Shown piece by piece: positions 15,838-24,559 of a stretch of 35,959 nucleotides of DNA (position 1 is its first letter; each line of letters begins with the position of its first letter). The notes beneath the pieces were generated by a model, which had not been told where the DNA came from, did not search any database, and saw only the letters and a program-made list of their open reading frames with translations. Position numbers and translations under genes: made by a program. The stretch covers positions 1 to 35,959 of the forward strand of contig MEXE01000037.1 of assembly GCA_001775555.1 (NCBI GenBank). The letters are read 5' to 3'. This DNA is from Candidatus Amesbacteria bacterium RBG_19FT_COMBO_48_16 (GTDB taxonomy: Bacteria; Patescibacteriota; Microgenomatia; CAZETR01; Amesbacteraceae).

Positions 15838-15857
15838 TATCACACACCGGGTGTGAA
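15838..15857. repeat. TATCACAC-N-GTGTGAA palindrome family member
   Basis: tatcacacaccgggtgtgaa; related to 30303-30329, 30547-30599 and 31010-31036. Confidence 0.7.
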
Positions 15858-16078
15858 ATGTCGGCTTCTGGCCAAAGCCTCGCGTTTCACGAGCAAATCC
15901 GGGTGGGGTTACCTTTCGGCAAGTTTGTTCTAAATGTAGTCAAAAAGTTTAGTGTGTTTGAAAGACTTTGAAGAATAGTAATGCCCTGATCCACACTCCG
16001 GACTGGAATAAAAATCCGTAAATAGCATAATTGGAACATTGATGACATAGTATATAAATACAAGCTAGAACAAGGAAA

Positions 16079-17353
16079 ATGAAAATCTTATGCAGAATAT
16101 TAATAATAAATATTTTGATATTGGCTTTATTTATTCCTTACCTTGTGTTTGCCGGGAAATCTGCCGCAACGCAGGTAGCGACTCCTGGTGATGCAAATAA
16201 CGATGGACGGGTTGACGGAATAGATTATGTGATATGGTTTAATAATTATGGACAAATTTCTCAAGGAGGCAGTAGTGTCGGAGATTTTAATAACGATACA
16301 AAGATAGACGGAGTGGATTATGTGATATGGTTTAATAATTACGGTTTTGTTGTACCACCCTCGAGTCCAACACCTTCAAAAATTCCAACTTCGACACCGG
16401 CACCATCGTCTTTTCACTCATGTACGGGGCCGGTGGTAACTCTGAGCGGAATCGTTGATCAGTATTATAGAGTAGGTACCGTCGTTAACGGAACGACGTA
16501 TGATTTACGATCCTGGTATTCTAATGCTGTTGGTGTCACAAGCAGCATGGCGTTCAAAGTAGGTTTGGATAACGGGCCGCTTGATTTATGTGTGAAGGGT
16601 GGTGTCGTCAATGGACATATAGATCCGACGTGGGATTGGGCGACAACTCATAATTTTGGGGGTGGCGGGTTAGAAACCTGGTCGAGTCGATACGATTCAA
16701 TGGAATTGGTGCGGATTCATAATGTAGAAGACGGTTGGAAACCCCGGGAATTTCCGGAGTTTGGCAATACCGGTATTATGCAGATGAGATACGCATATAT
16801 GACCGGCATCCGTGATGATTCAATAGAGAATGACGATTTCATGCCCGGTTTTGTCGAAGATAGCCTTTTTGACGGCGTAGACACATTTCTCTCTGAGCAG
16901 AATCAAAGCGGAGGAATACCGACTACTTTGGGGCCGGGTGAGGACCTTAATATTCGTGTTACCCGAAGTTATATTAGACTGTATTCGACCAACAGCAGCG
17001 GGAAGAGTAATCCCGGACGGTGGTTTAAATGGCAACCCCGTGGTACCCAAAATCATAATTTGGTTATTACTGATTCTGTGTTTGCTACTCACGGACCATC
17101 TCCGCGGGATGGCTGGTCTGCTCTCAATTTTCCTGAGGGTACTATTTTTGTCGGGACAAACTATATCCTGTGGTTAGGTACTCCCGGGGGGTATAAAGCG
17201 GTGATTCCGTCCGGTGTCATATTTCTCGAAGGCCAACCCGCACAAGATAAATGGAGCCAGACACGAAACACCTGGTTGACTGCTCACGGTTATGATCCAC
17301 GACCTGTAGATGATTGGAATCCTATGGATGACCCTGTCGTAGCTCCCAGATGA
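16079..17353 (+). CDS. Secreted dockerin-domain protein with a putative parallel beta-helix domain
   Basis: Signal peptide; two GD.NNDxxxDG.DYVIWFNNYG dockerin repeats; Pro/Ser/Thr linker; beta-helix-like RIHNVEDG, IRDDSIEND, VEDSLFDG. Confidence 0.8.
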   Translation: MKILCRILIINILILALFIPYLVFAGKSAATQVATPGDANNDGRVDGIDYVIWFNNYGQISQGGSSVGDFNNDTKIDGVDYVIWFNNYGFVVPPSSPTPSKIPTSTPAPSSFHSCTGPVVTLSGIVDQYYRVGTVVNGTTYDLRSWYSNAVGVTSSMAFKVGLDNGPLDLCVKGGVVNGHIDPTWDWATTHNFGGGGLETWSSRYDSMELVRIHNVEDGWKPREFPEFGNTGIMQMRYAYMTGIRDDSIENDDFMPGFVEDSLFDGVDTFLSEQNQSGGIPTTLGPGEDLNIRVTRSYIRLYSTNSSGKSNPGRWFKWQPRGTQNHNLVITDSVFATHGPSPRDGWSALNFPEGTIFVGTNYILWLGTPGGYKAVIPSGVIFLEGQPAQDKWSQTRNTWLTAHGYDPRPVDDWNPMDDPVVAPR

Positions 17354-17393
17354 CCTTGCATACCCCCACTAAATTTCGAGCTTGAAATGCCCG

Positions 17394-17558
17394 GATATAC
17401 CCATTTTAATAGAATTTGTGTTAATGGCTTGAGGCCGAAATACCCAGAGAACCCTTTCCAGACGCTGCCGCGTTGGTCTCTTTGGTATCCCTCGCTTTGC
17501 TCGTGATGGGTATATATCCAGCATATCGGTTTTTGCAAACCTGAGTACGCTGACTATA
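17394..17558. repeat. Double-hairpin dispersed element, copy 2 (with 66-bp nested insert at 17442-17507)
   Basis: Near-identical to 14979-15141. Confidence 0.95.
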
Positions 17559-17630
17559 ATGGAAAGAAGGTTTCATGATCATAAGCAAAGTCGATTAGCA
17601 ATTGAAAAATTGATAAGATTCAGCATGTCC

Positions 17631-17703
17631 GGCGCTATCGTCTAGAGGCCTAGGACACCAGGTTCTCATCCTGGTAACCCCGGTTCGAATCCGGGTAGCG
17701 TCA
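17631..17703 (+). tRNA. tRNA-Glu (anticodon CTC), CCA not encoded
   Basis: Acceptor GGCGCTA/TAGCGTC, anticodon arm CCAGG-TTCTCAT-CCTGG, T-arm CCCGG-TTCGAAT-CCGGG. Confidence 0.95.
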
Positions 17704-17722
17704 CCCTTCGACAAGCTCAGGG
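17704..17722. repeat. Dispersed palindrome CCCTTCGACAAGCTCAGGG, copy 2
   Basis: Abuts the tRNA discriminator base and lies 2 nt from the convergent stop codon; identical to 10013-10031. Confidence 0.9.
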
Positions 17723-17724
17723 TT

Positions 17725-18795
17725 TCACAAGCTGCTGGAGTAAGGGGTGAGACGGGAGGTGATACTTTGGTCTGTTAAGGTTTGGGGATTAATCCGGGCG
17801 CAAAGCTGCCACAGAGCCTGAACGGTTAAACCAAGTGCGGAGAGCTCTTCTACTGAAGCCGCGGCATGTTCTTCTGCAGTACCTAAATATCTCATCGTCC
17901 AATTACCGCCGATGCACCAGCGGTGAATATCCGGGCCAAACGAAGCGGCGGCAAACTGATGCAACCGGGGATCGACTACCATTTCCGGCGAAGCCGGGTA
18001 AGGCGAATAGTACATTTGGGGCGGGACGCTGTCCAGAAGGGCGGCGCAGCCAGCACCAGTAAAGCCGATGTCGTGTCTGCGGCAAAAAGATGCGATAGTT
18101 GTTAACCCATAACGGCTGGCGATAGGAGCAACTATAACCACCTGGCCTATAGGATATTTGCGGGAGAGAAGATGCTCGAGTACTGCCACATGCTGCATCC
18201 CGGAAGCCACGGGATCGGAGAGAAAAAGAGTATAGAGGTATGGGTGAAACCCTTCCAGATCGACGGGGATAGGCAGGTAAGGCTCCCGGCTAAATAAATT
18301 ATCGGCGTCCCGATGTTTAACAGTGGCTATAGTGGTGGGAATGGTTTGGCGGGTAATTTGCCAAATAACCTTCTGTAAATTTGTAAGGTGACCTTCACGG
18401 GTGAATTTAATAATCGCTGAAGGACCAGAACGAACTGCCCACCAGATAAGATCTTTAAGGTGGGTAGAGTGGACCAATTGAAAGACAGCCAACTCCAGAT
18501 CGAGTTGAGCAGGAACTCCGGTGTGAAGACGGGGAAGAATATATCTACCATCGGCAGTTAAACCGCCGACACCGGCAGTAATTTCGGCTTCCGGGCTGGA
18601 AGATATAATGATTGTAGAACCATTGCTACCCAGTTCGTATTTTCGGTAATTGACTGCAGCGGAGGTGGTCTGACCGAGCAGTGGATAAGGCGGGACGTCT
18701 ATGGTCTGTAATTCTGTACTGGTGACAGGGGGGAGGCCGGAGGCGGCTAAATTACTGGCAATTTCAAAAAACTCGCTTTCTTGATTGTGGCTCAT
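17725..18795 (-). CDS. Divergent type I phosphoribosyltransferase (UPRTase-like)
   Basis: IIKFTREG (like ILRAG), LFLSDPVASG (like DPMLATG PRPP loop), VVIVAPIASRYG; start moved to the ATG at 18795 to avoid overlap with lon. Confidence 0.6.
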   Translation of the reverse strand: MSHNQESEFFEIASNLAASGLPPVTSTELQTIDVPPYPLLGQTTSAAVNYRKYELGSNGSTIIISSSPEAEITAGVGGLTADGRYILPRLHTGVPAQLDLELAVFQLVHSTHLKDLIWWAVRSGPSAIIKFTREGHLTNLQKVIWQITRQTIPTTIATVKHRDADNLFSREPYLPIPVDLEGFHPYLYTLFLSDPVASGMQHVAVLEHLLSRKYPIGQVVIVAPIASRYGLTTIASFCRRHDIGFTGAGCAALLDSVPPQMYYSPYPASPEMVVDPRLHQFAAASFGPDIHRWCIGGNWTMRYLGTAEEHAAASVEELSALGLTVQALWQLCARINPQTLTDQSITSRLTPYSSSL

Positions 18796-18862
18796 GACGA
18801 GTCCTGCCTCCTGGTAATTAAGAAGCCCAAGGAACAACTTGTCAAGATGAAGTTTGCTACTC

Positions 18863-21328
18863 TTAAGCCAGGGCGGGGAGGGGGACGGGGCGGGGGTGAA
18901 GAGGGTGGAGGTGAGGGCGGGAAGGGGAAGGCGAAGGTTTGCCGTTGGCGGGAGGAGAGATCCGCAAGGCCAGTTTGAGGACGTCATCCAGATGGGAAAC
19001 AAAATGAAAAGTCAGGTCGCGTTTGACGCTGCCCGGGACATCTTCCAGATCCTTGCGGTTGTCTTTGGGCAATATTACCCGGCGGATACCAGCCCGGTGG
19101 GCGGCGATAACTTTTTCCTTGACTCCGCCGATTTCCAGGACCCGACCGCGGAGAGTAATCTCGCCGGTCATGGCCAGATCCCGGCGGGTGGGGGTTTTGG
19201 TCAGAGCTGAAATAATGGCTGTGGCTATAGCAATACCGGCAGACGGACCGTCTTTGGGCACGGCTCCTTCGGGAACGTGAATGTGGATATCAATTTTTTT
19301 GTAAAAATCTTTGTCGAGCCCCAAAGTCTGCCAGCGGGTTCGGACATAGGAATAGGCCGCTTTGGCCGACTCCTTCATGACGTCACCCAACTGGCCGGTC
19401 AGCTGGACATCCCCTTTGCCGGGCATGACAGCCACTTCGATGAACATGATGTCACCTCCAGCCTCGGTCCAAGCCAGGCCGGTACTCATGCCGATCTCGT
19501 CTTTTTTCTCCGCCAAAGTTTCCGGAAAACGCTGGGGGCCCAAGAATTTTCTGATATCGAGGACGGAAATATCGGAAGTAATCTTTTTCTTTTCGGCCAA
19601 ATTGCGGGCCAGCTTGCGGCAGATTTTGGCCAGATTCCGCTCCAGGTCACGAACTCCGGCTTCGCGGGTGTAACGCTTGATTATTTCCTTTAAGCCTGAG
19701 TCGGCCAGCCGGTAATTTCCGCCCAAACCGGTGGAGCGAAGCTGTTTGGGCCAGAGGAACCCCCGGGCAATATTCTGCTTTTCGTCCAAAGTGTAACCGG
19801 GGAAAGTAATCACTTCCAGCCGGTCGCGCAGAGCCGGGGGAATGGTATCCAAAAGATTTGCTGTCGTAATAAACATCACCTGGGACAGATCGAAGGGGAC
19901 TTCCAAATAATGATCGGAAAACTCCCGGTTTTGTTCGGGATCGAGAGCCTCAAGCAGAGCCGCGGACGGATCTCCGCGGTAGTCGCTGGCCAATTTGTCA
20001 ATTTCGTCCAGCATGAACACCGGGTTTTTGGTACCGGCATTTTTGATACCCTGGATAATCCGGCCCGGCATACTGCCGACGTAAGTCCGCCTGTGACCAC
20101 GGATTTCGGCTTCGTCCCTGACGCCTCCTAAGGAAACCCGGACAAATTTGCGGCCTAAAGCCCTGGCGATCGAACGGCCGATTGAGGTCTTGCCGACTCC
20201 GGGAGGGCCGACAAAACAAAGAATAGTAGGGCCGGAATCAGCGGAGGCAACCGGCTGTTTGGCCTTGAGTTTCATAACCGCCAGATATTCCAGAATCCGC
20301 TCTTTGGCTTTTTTTAAACCAAAATGGTCGGCGTCCAAAACACTAGCCGCGGCGGCCAGAGAAACGTGATTGGACGAGACCCTGGCCCAGGGCATATCTA
20401 CCAGCCAATCGACGTAGGTCCGAATATAGTTTGATTCCGGATTTTGGGGACTCATCTGCGCCAACCGGCTGAGCTCCTTTTCCGCTTTTTGCCGGACCGG
20501 GGCGGGCATTTTGGCCGCTTTTATCTTTTTTTTGAGCTGGGAAATGTCGTCGTCCCCGTCTTCGGTGTCGGCACCAAGTTTTTCCAACTCCTCCTGGATG
20601 GTTTTTTTGCGCTCGCGGAGGACCTGCTCGCGCATGCCTTTTTCAAACTTGGCGTGGGTTTTTGAAGAGATTGATTTTTCCAGCTCCAACACTTTTATTT
20701 CGTGTACCAGGTGGTTGAGAACTTTCTCCAGACGGGAGTCCACCGAAAAAGTTTCTAAAAGCTGCTGCTTGACCCCTGTCGCGACTTCGAGGGAATTGGC
20801 TACCTGATCGGCCAGCTCAGAAGCGGAAACCCCGGCCATCAAGCGCATAAAAACGGGGAATTCAACCGACTTACCCAGATTGAAAGCGTTTTTGAACTCG
20901 GTTACCACCTGGCGGGCAAGAGCCACCGACCGATCATTTTCCGCATCCGACTCGACGACCGGTTCAACCTGAGCCGTAAAATAAGGGTCGGAATTTATAA
21001 AGGGGCCGATTTTTACCCGGGTAACGCCGCGAACCAAAGCCAATATTTCCTGCCCGTAAGGAGCGACTTGTTCTACTACGCACAAAGTACCGAAGGAAAA
21101 TAAATCCTGAGGAGAGGGCGTGGCGGTAGGAGTTTTTTGGGCGACAAAGACGATTTGCTTATCGGAGGAGACTGCGGCTTCGATAGCGGCATTGCTTTTG
21201 GGTCTGCCGAAAGTAAGATGGGCCTCAGTGTTGGGAAAGACAACGCCTTCACGCAAGGCAACCACGGGGTATGAACGGACGACAGGCACGGGAGAAGCTG
21301 AAGAGGAACGGGACAGGGAAAAAGCCAT
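18863..21328 (-). CDS. lon: ATP-dependent protease Lon
   Basis: [34 protein letters not shown] catalytic Ser, GGVKEK catalytic Lys. Confidence 0.99.
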   Translation of the reverse strand: MAFSLSRSSSASPVPVVRSYPVVALREGVVFPNTEAHLTFGRPKSNAAIEAAVSSDKQIVFVAQKTPTATPSPQDLFSFGTLCVVEQVAPYGQEILALVRGVTRVKIGPFINSDPYFTAQVEPVVESDAENDRSVALARQVVTEFKNAFNLGKSVEFPVFMRLMAGVSASELADQVANSLEVATGVKQQLLETFSVDSRLEKVLNHLVHEIKVLELEKSISSKTHAKFEKGMREQVLRERKKTIQEELEKLGADTEDGDDDISQLKKKIKAAKMPAPVRQKAEKELSRLAQMSPQNPESNYIRTYVDWLVDMPWARVSSNHVSLAAAASVLDADHFGLKKAKERILEYLAVMKLKAKQPVASADSGPTILCFVGPPGVGKTSIGRSIARALGRKFVRVSLGGVRDEAEIRGHRRTYVGSMPGRIIQGIKNAGTKNPVFMLDEIDKLASDYRGDPSAALLEALDPEQNREFSDHYLEVPFDLSQVMFITTANLLDTIPPALRDRLEVITFPGYTLDEKQNIARGFLWPKQLRSTGLGGNYRLADSGLKEIIKRYTREAGVRDLERNLAKICRKLARNLAEKKKITSDISVLDIRKFLGPQRFPETLAEKKDEIGMSTGLAWTEAGGDIMFIEVAVMPGKGDVQLTGQLGDVMKESAKAAYSYVRTRWQTLGLDKDFYKKIDIHIHVPEGAVPKDGPSAGIAIATAIISALTKTPTRRDLAMTGEITLRGRVLEIGGVKEKVIAAHRAGIRRVILPKDNRKDLEDVPGSVKRDLTFHFVSHLDDVLKLALRISPPANGKPSPSPSRPHLHPLHPRPVPLPALA

Positions 21329-21332
21329 AACT

Positions 21333-21366
21333 TTAGCAGTCTAACACTCGGAGTGACAGCTGTCAA
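21333..21366 (-). promoter_or_regulatory. lon promoter overlapped by a CIRCE-like (HrcA) operator
   Basis: TTGACA-17-TAGACT (minus); TTAGCAGTC-N9-GAGTGACAG at 21333-21359 versus CIRCE TTAGCACTC-N9-GAGTGCTAA (14/18). Confidence 0.8.
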
Positions 21367-21800
21367 TTACGAAAGTATTTATGCACCAGCAGACTGATCA
21401 GCAGGCCCAATAATAAACCGCCGCTGACATCAGCCCAGGTGTGAACCCCGATGCTCACCCGGGAGACGGCGACCAGGACAGCCAGGATAAACAAAAAGAG
21501 TCCCAGACGAAGCTGTCGAAAAATAACAAAAAAAGCCAGGGAAAAAGCCACCAGCGCATGGTTACTGGGAAAAGAGCCGTCCAGCAGGAAAGGGACAGGG
21601 GGAATTCGGCCTGTGGTGATAAAAGGCCGGGGAAGGTAATAGAAGTTTTTGATAACTAACCCAGTAACCCAGGCGAGGAATACGCTGACGAGGCTTCCCT
21701 GAGACAGTTTTTTTTGACCTGAAAACCAGAGAATTAGCGGACTGAGAAAAAGAATGAAGATAAGATACTGGGCTAGAAAAACTGTGATTGACACAGGCAC
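21363..21800 (-). CDS. PAP2-family phosphatase (undecaprenyl-diphosphatase-like)
   Basis: KxxxxxxRP, SFPSNH and SRVSIGVH motifs; multiple TM helices. Confidence 0.92.
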   Translation of the reverse strand: MPVSITVFLAQYLIFILFLSPLILWFSGQKKLSQGSLVSVFLAWVTGLVIKNFYYLPRPFITTGRIPPVPFLLDGSFPSNHALVAFSLAFFVIFRQLRLGLFLFILAVLVAVSRVSIGVHTWADVSGGLLLGLLISLLVHKYFRN

Positions 21801-21814
21801 AGGATTCGCGAGAA

Positions 21815-22489
21815 TTAATTATGGATAACGACTCTGGTACCGGGGTTTTCAGCGGTGGCTGTAACCGTGGCTTTACCTTCAGGCAGGGGGGGATCCGTCC
21901 AATAAAATAATTTTTCTGCGATCGGAGTCGGGGCGTTGACACAACCGTGGCTCATGCGGTTGCCGAAGTTATTGTGCCAGTAAGTGCCGTGGATGCCGTA
22001 ACTGCCGAAGAAAAACATGGCGTAAGGGACGTTGGGAAGATAATAATAACTTTTGGTAAGGCGGTTGCCGCCCTCCATTTTGGTCGACCGGATTTTGTAC
22101 CAAATGCGGTATTCACCGACAGGAGTCCGGTTTCCCAATCCGCTGGAGATCAGGCTTTCGAGAAAAATCTGATCACCGTCGTGGGCAATCAGTTTTTGCC
22201 GACCTAAATCAACCTCGATCCAGCGGCTGTTATTGGCTCCCAAGACCTGATCCGCACCCGGTTCCGGGCGGTAAGCGACTGCTGAATCGTTGATTGCCTG
22301 AGGAGGAACCAGAGGATGGTTTTGCCAAATAGCCACAGTCTCGGAGGGGTCGACCAAACCGGAGGTAGTGACGGCGGAACAACCGACCGGAGTTTGAGAA
22401 ACGACAAAAGCAGACAGGCTGAACTTGAGAATAAAGATGGCGGCCAAACCTCCGACAGTTACAGCCAGAAGAGATGCAGGCAGGCGCAT
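21815..22489 (-). CDS. L,D-transpeptidase (YkuD domain)
   Basis: GIHGTYWHNNFGNRMSHGCVN; N-terminal TM; ATG 22489 preferred over the TTG inside the tandem repeat. Confidence 0.93.
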   Translation of the reverse strand: MRLPASLLAVTVGGLAAIFILKFSLSAFVVSQTPVGCSAVTTSGLVDPSETVAIWQNHPLVPPQAINDSAVAYRPEPGADQVLGANNSRWIEVDLGRQKLIAHDGDQIFLESLISSGLGNRTPVGEYRIWYKIRSTKMEGGNRLTKSYYYLPNVPYAMFFFGSYGIHGTYWHNNFGNRMSHGCVNAPTPIAEKLFYWTDPPLPEGKATVTATAENPGTRVVIHN

Positions 22490-22513
22490 ATTAATAGATA
22501 AGTATCCGATATC

Positions 22514-22599
22514 CAATATTCAATATTCAATAGTCAATATTCAATTATTAAAAAAATCCCCAAAGGGGATTTATTAGTTGTTAGGTGTTAGGTGTTAGG
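22514..22599. repeat. Two heptamer tandem arrays flanking the pilin terminator
   Basis: (CAATATT)x5 degenerate at 22514-22548; (TGTTAGG)x3 at 22579-22599. Confidence 0.8.
22550..22572 (-). terminator. Intrinsic terminator after the major pilin
   Basis: AAATCCCC-TTT-GGGGATTT running into a T-tract on the minus strand. Confidence 0.8.
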
Positions 22600-23076
22600 T
22601 TAGCGGGTGACGGAAATGACTTCGGAAAGCTCGGCATCGGGGGCGTAGATGGTGATGCGGTTATTGGTGGCACTTTTGGAAACGGTATATCCGGTATCAT
22701 AAGCGGTGGTGCAATCAGTCACGGGAGCGCCGTCGTTGGTTAAAGGATCAACCGGGAGGGCGGCTACATAATCGGTAACAGTATCAGTACAGATGTCCGC
22801 TTCAGTAGCCGGATCCGGGACAGCACTTCTCCTGATAGGCATGGGGGTAGCGGCGACATTGGTCATACCGGCAGGCAGAACACCGCGATTGTCGGCGGCG
22901 TATTGGTGAATAGCGTTGAGAATGGTGTTGACGTCACTGCGCCTCTTGGTATTGTTGCTCTGGGAAAACTGACGGGCGGGATTGATAGCAATCAGAACGA
23001 TAGTGAGAAGAACAGCTAAAACTCCGATAACAACCAGAAGTTCGATAAGGGTAAAGCCGCGGCGAAGCTTGGGCAT
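22600..23076 (-). CDS. Type IV pilin, probable major pilin
   Basis: RRG|FTLIELL class III signal, AINP, paired Cys, LPVDP; has its own promoter and terminator. Confidence 0.92.
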   Translation of the reverse strand: MPKLRRGFTLIELLVVIGVLAVLLTIVLIAINPARQFSQSNNTKRRSDVNTILNAIHQYAADNRGVLPAGMTNVAATPMPIRRSAVPDPATEADICTDTVTDYVAALPVDPLTNDGAPVTDCTTAYDTGYTVSKSATNNRITIYAPDAELSEVISVTR

Positions 23077-23083
23077 TAAATAC

Positions 23084-23113
23084 ATGTTAGAACCGGTCTG
23101 TTTGGTTTGTCAA
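23084..23113 (-). promoter_or_regulatory. Internal promoter for the major pilin (leaderless-type)
   Basis: TTGACA-18-TAACAT, 7 nt before ATG 23076. Confidence 0.65.
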
Positions 23114-24171
23114 GGGTTAACTTTTCCGGTAGTGAGAATGACGTCATATAAAGTATCCACGTTTTCGCGTACCGAAAGCGACGGAAAAACTTTTTGGACG
23201 ACTGAGGTTAACAAAGCCTTGACTGCGGGCGGAAGGTCGGGGCGAAGCACCATATAAGAAGGCCCGGAATTGATTAGGGGAGCATTACCCGTACGAACTG
23301 TAGTGAATCCGGCAAGTTTCAGCTGAGCCTCCACAGAAGCGGCCAGACCGGCAACGCCACTACCGTTGAGGACTTGGACGGTAATTTGTCCCAAAGCTTG
23401 AGCCGACGGCGAAGCCGTGGGAGTAGGGGTTGCAGGAACGGGAGAAGGAACAGAGAGAACGGATGCTGCGGGCAGGGCTTTTTTGCGGGGTATGGCCTGC
23501 GGCCGGAACAGGGTGATATAAGCCATTACAGCTGAGAAAATGATAAAAGCTGAGGATATAATCGCCAGGGAAATCTTGTATTTTTGGATAAAAACCTGCT
23601 CTTTGCGATGCAAATCACCGGCATTGGTAAACGGGGTGGTAAAACTGTTGTCGGAGAGAAAATCAAGCTTTTTGTAAATGATCCTGCAAGTCTGGGCGGA
23701 AAATTCCGCCGGAGCGTTGATTGCTCCAAGTACAAAACCGGGAACCACGGAATGAAGCTGGAATCCCAGCCGGTCGAAAACCTGCTCAAAGATTTCATAT
23801 ATATCCCGGTTTATAACTACCAGCCGGTAACCGTCGGGGGTATGGAAAAGCTTGGAACTGACATTGGAAAAGGGGACGGAGTCGATAAATTTTTGCGTTT
23901 CTTCTTCCGCGGGGGGGGCAACTTTGGGAAAATCCTTGTGAAAGTAGATATGTTCAGCCAGAATTATAACCAGAGGTGAAGGTTTGATCTGAGTTTTTTG
24001 CATAAACTCGCCCAGTTTTGCGTCTAACTCATTTTTGTCTTTGATTTCCAAATCGGAGATCATTGTCGGGGTAAAGGGAAAAACCACAGGATCGGTCAGG
24101 GTGTGAGTGCACAAAAACAGGCGATCCCGAGCGATGTTGATAATAACGGGAAGAGGAGAGATTTTTTTCAT
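23110..24171 (-). CDS. Membrane protein: PilM/GspL-like cytoplasmic domain, TM, LytR C-terminal domain
   Basis: C-terminal VQVLNGSGVAGLAA...GF...TGNA is LytR_C-like; N-terminal ISDLEI.D, IYFHK, SVPF pattern resembles PilM; start taken as ATG 24171. Confidence 0.7.
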   Translation of the reverse strand: MKKISPLPVIINIARDRLFLCTHTLTDPVVFPFTPTMISDLEIKDKNELDAKLGEFMQKTQIKPSPLVIILAEHIYFHKDFPKVAPPAEEETQKFIDSVPFSNVSSKLFHTPDGYRLVVINRDIYEIFEQVFDRLGFQLHSVVPGFVLGAINAPAEFSAQTCRIIYKKLDFLSDNSFTTPFTNAGDLHRKEQVFIQKYKISLAIISSAFIIFSAVMAYITLFRPQAIPRKKALPAASVLSVPSPVPATPTPTASPSAQALGQITVQVLNGSGVAGLAASVEAQLKLAGFTTVRTGNAPLINSGPSYMVLRPDLPPAVKALLTSVVQKVFPSLSVRENVDTLYDVILTTGKVNP

Positions 24172-24178
24172 ATGGATT

Positions 24179-24550
24179 TCAGGGATACATCTCCTGCCAG
24201 GAGGAAACGGACAATATGCCTTCGGAATAACCGGCAATCACTCTGACCTGGCGGGAAAAACTGCCTTCCGTCCCGGTAACATTAATGGTAAAGGGGTCGG
24301 AACCGGTTACTTCAATTGTGGCCTGACCCTGCCCGACTGTCAATGTGCCGCCGGAATAAGCGGGGTTGCGCAATAAGTTGAGAAGGGCATTTTCCGCTCC
24401 GGATTCGGCAATTGTCAAAGTATGGGCGGCCATTTCCTGTCCCGTGGTAGTTTGGGAATTGGCAATGGCCAAAATCACGGCCGCGGTAGTGATTACCAGA
24501 GACATACTGACAAAAACCAAGAGAAAAACCAGGGTTTGTCCGCGCTTCAT
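24179..24550 (-). CDS. Minor pilin, PilX/GspK-like
   Basis: KRG|QTLVFLL lacking Glu5; A...AESGAE.A motif. Confidence 0.8.
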   Translation of the reverse strand: MKRGQTLVFLLVFVSMSLVITTAAVILAIANSQTTTGQEMAAHTLTIAESGAENALLNLLRNPAYSGGTLTVGQGQATIEVTGSDPFTINVTGTEGSFSRQVRVIAGYSEGILSVSSWQEMYP

Positions 24551-24559
24551 ATGTTTTTT

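Noticed and set aside
15905-15930. c-di-GMP-I riboswitch (ACAAAC-TTGCC-GAAA-GGTAA on minus)
   Set aside because: Only the P2-like hairpin matches; the following GGACGCAAAGC/P3 is missing and the orientation is antisense to the flanking genes.
14979-17558. Integron attC sites
   Set aside because: The hairpins lack RYYYAAC/GTTRRRY core boxes and no integron integrase is present.
18796-19002. N-terminal extension of the 425-aa ORF
   Set aside because: It overlaps lon by 140 nt and is low-complexity; ATG 18795 is more plausible.
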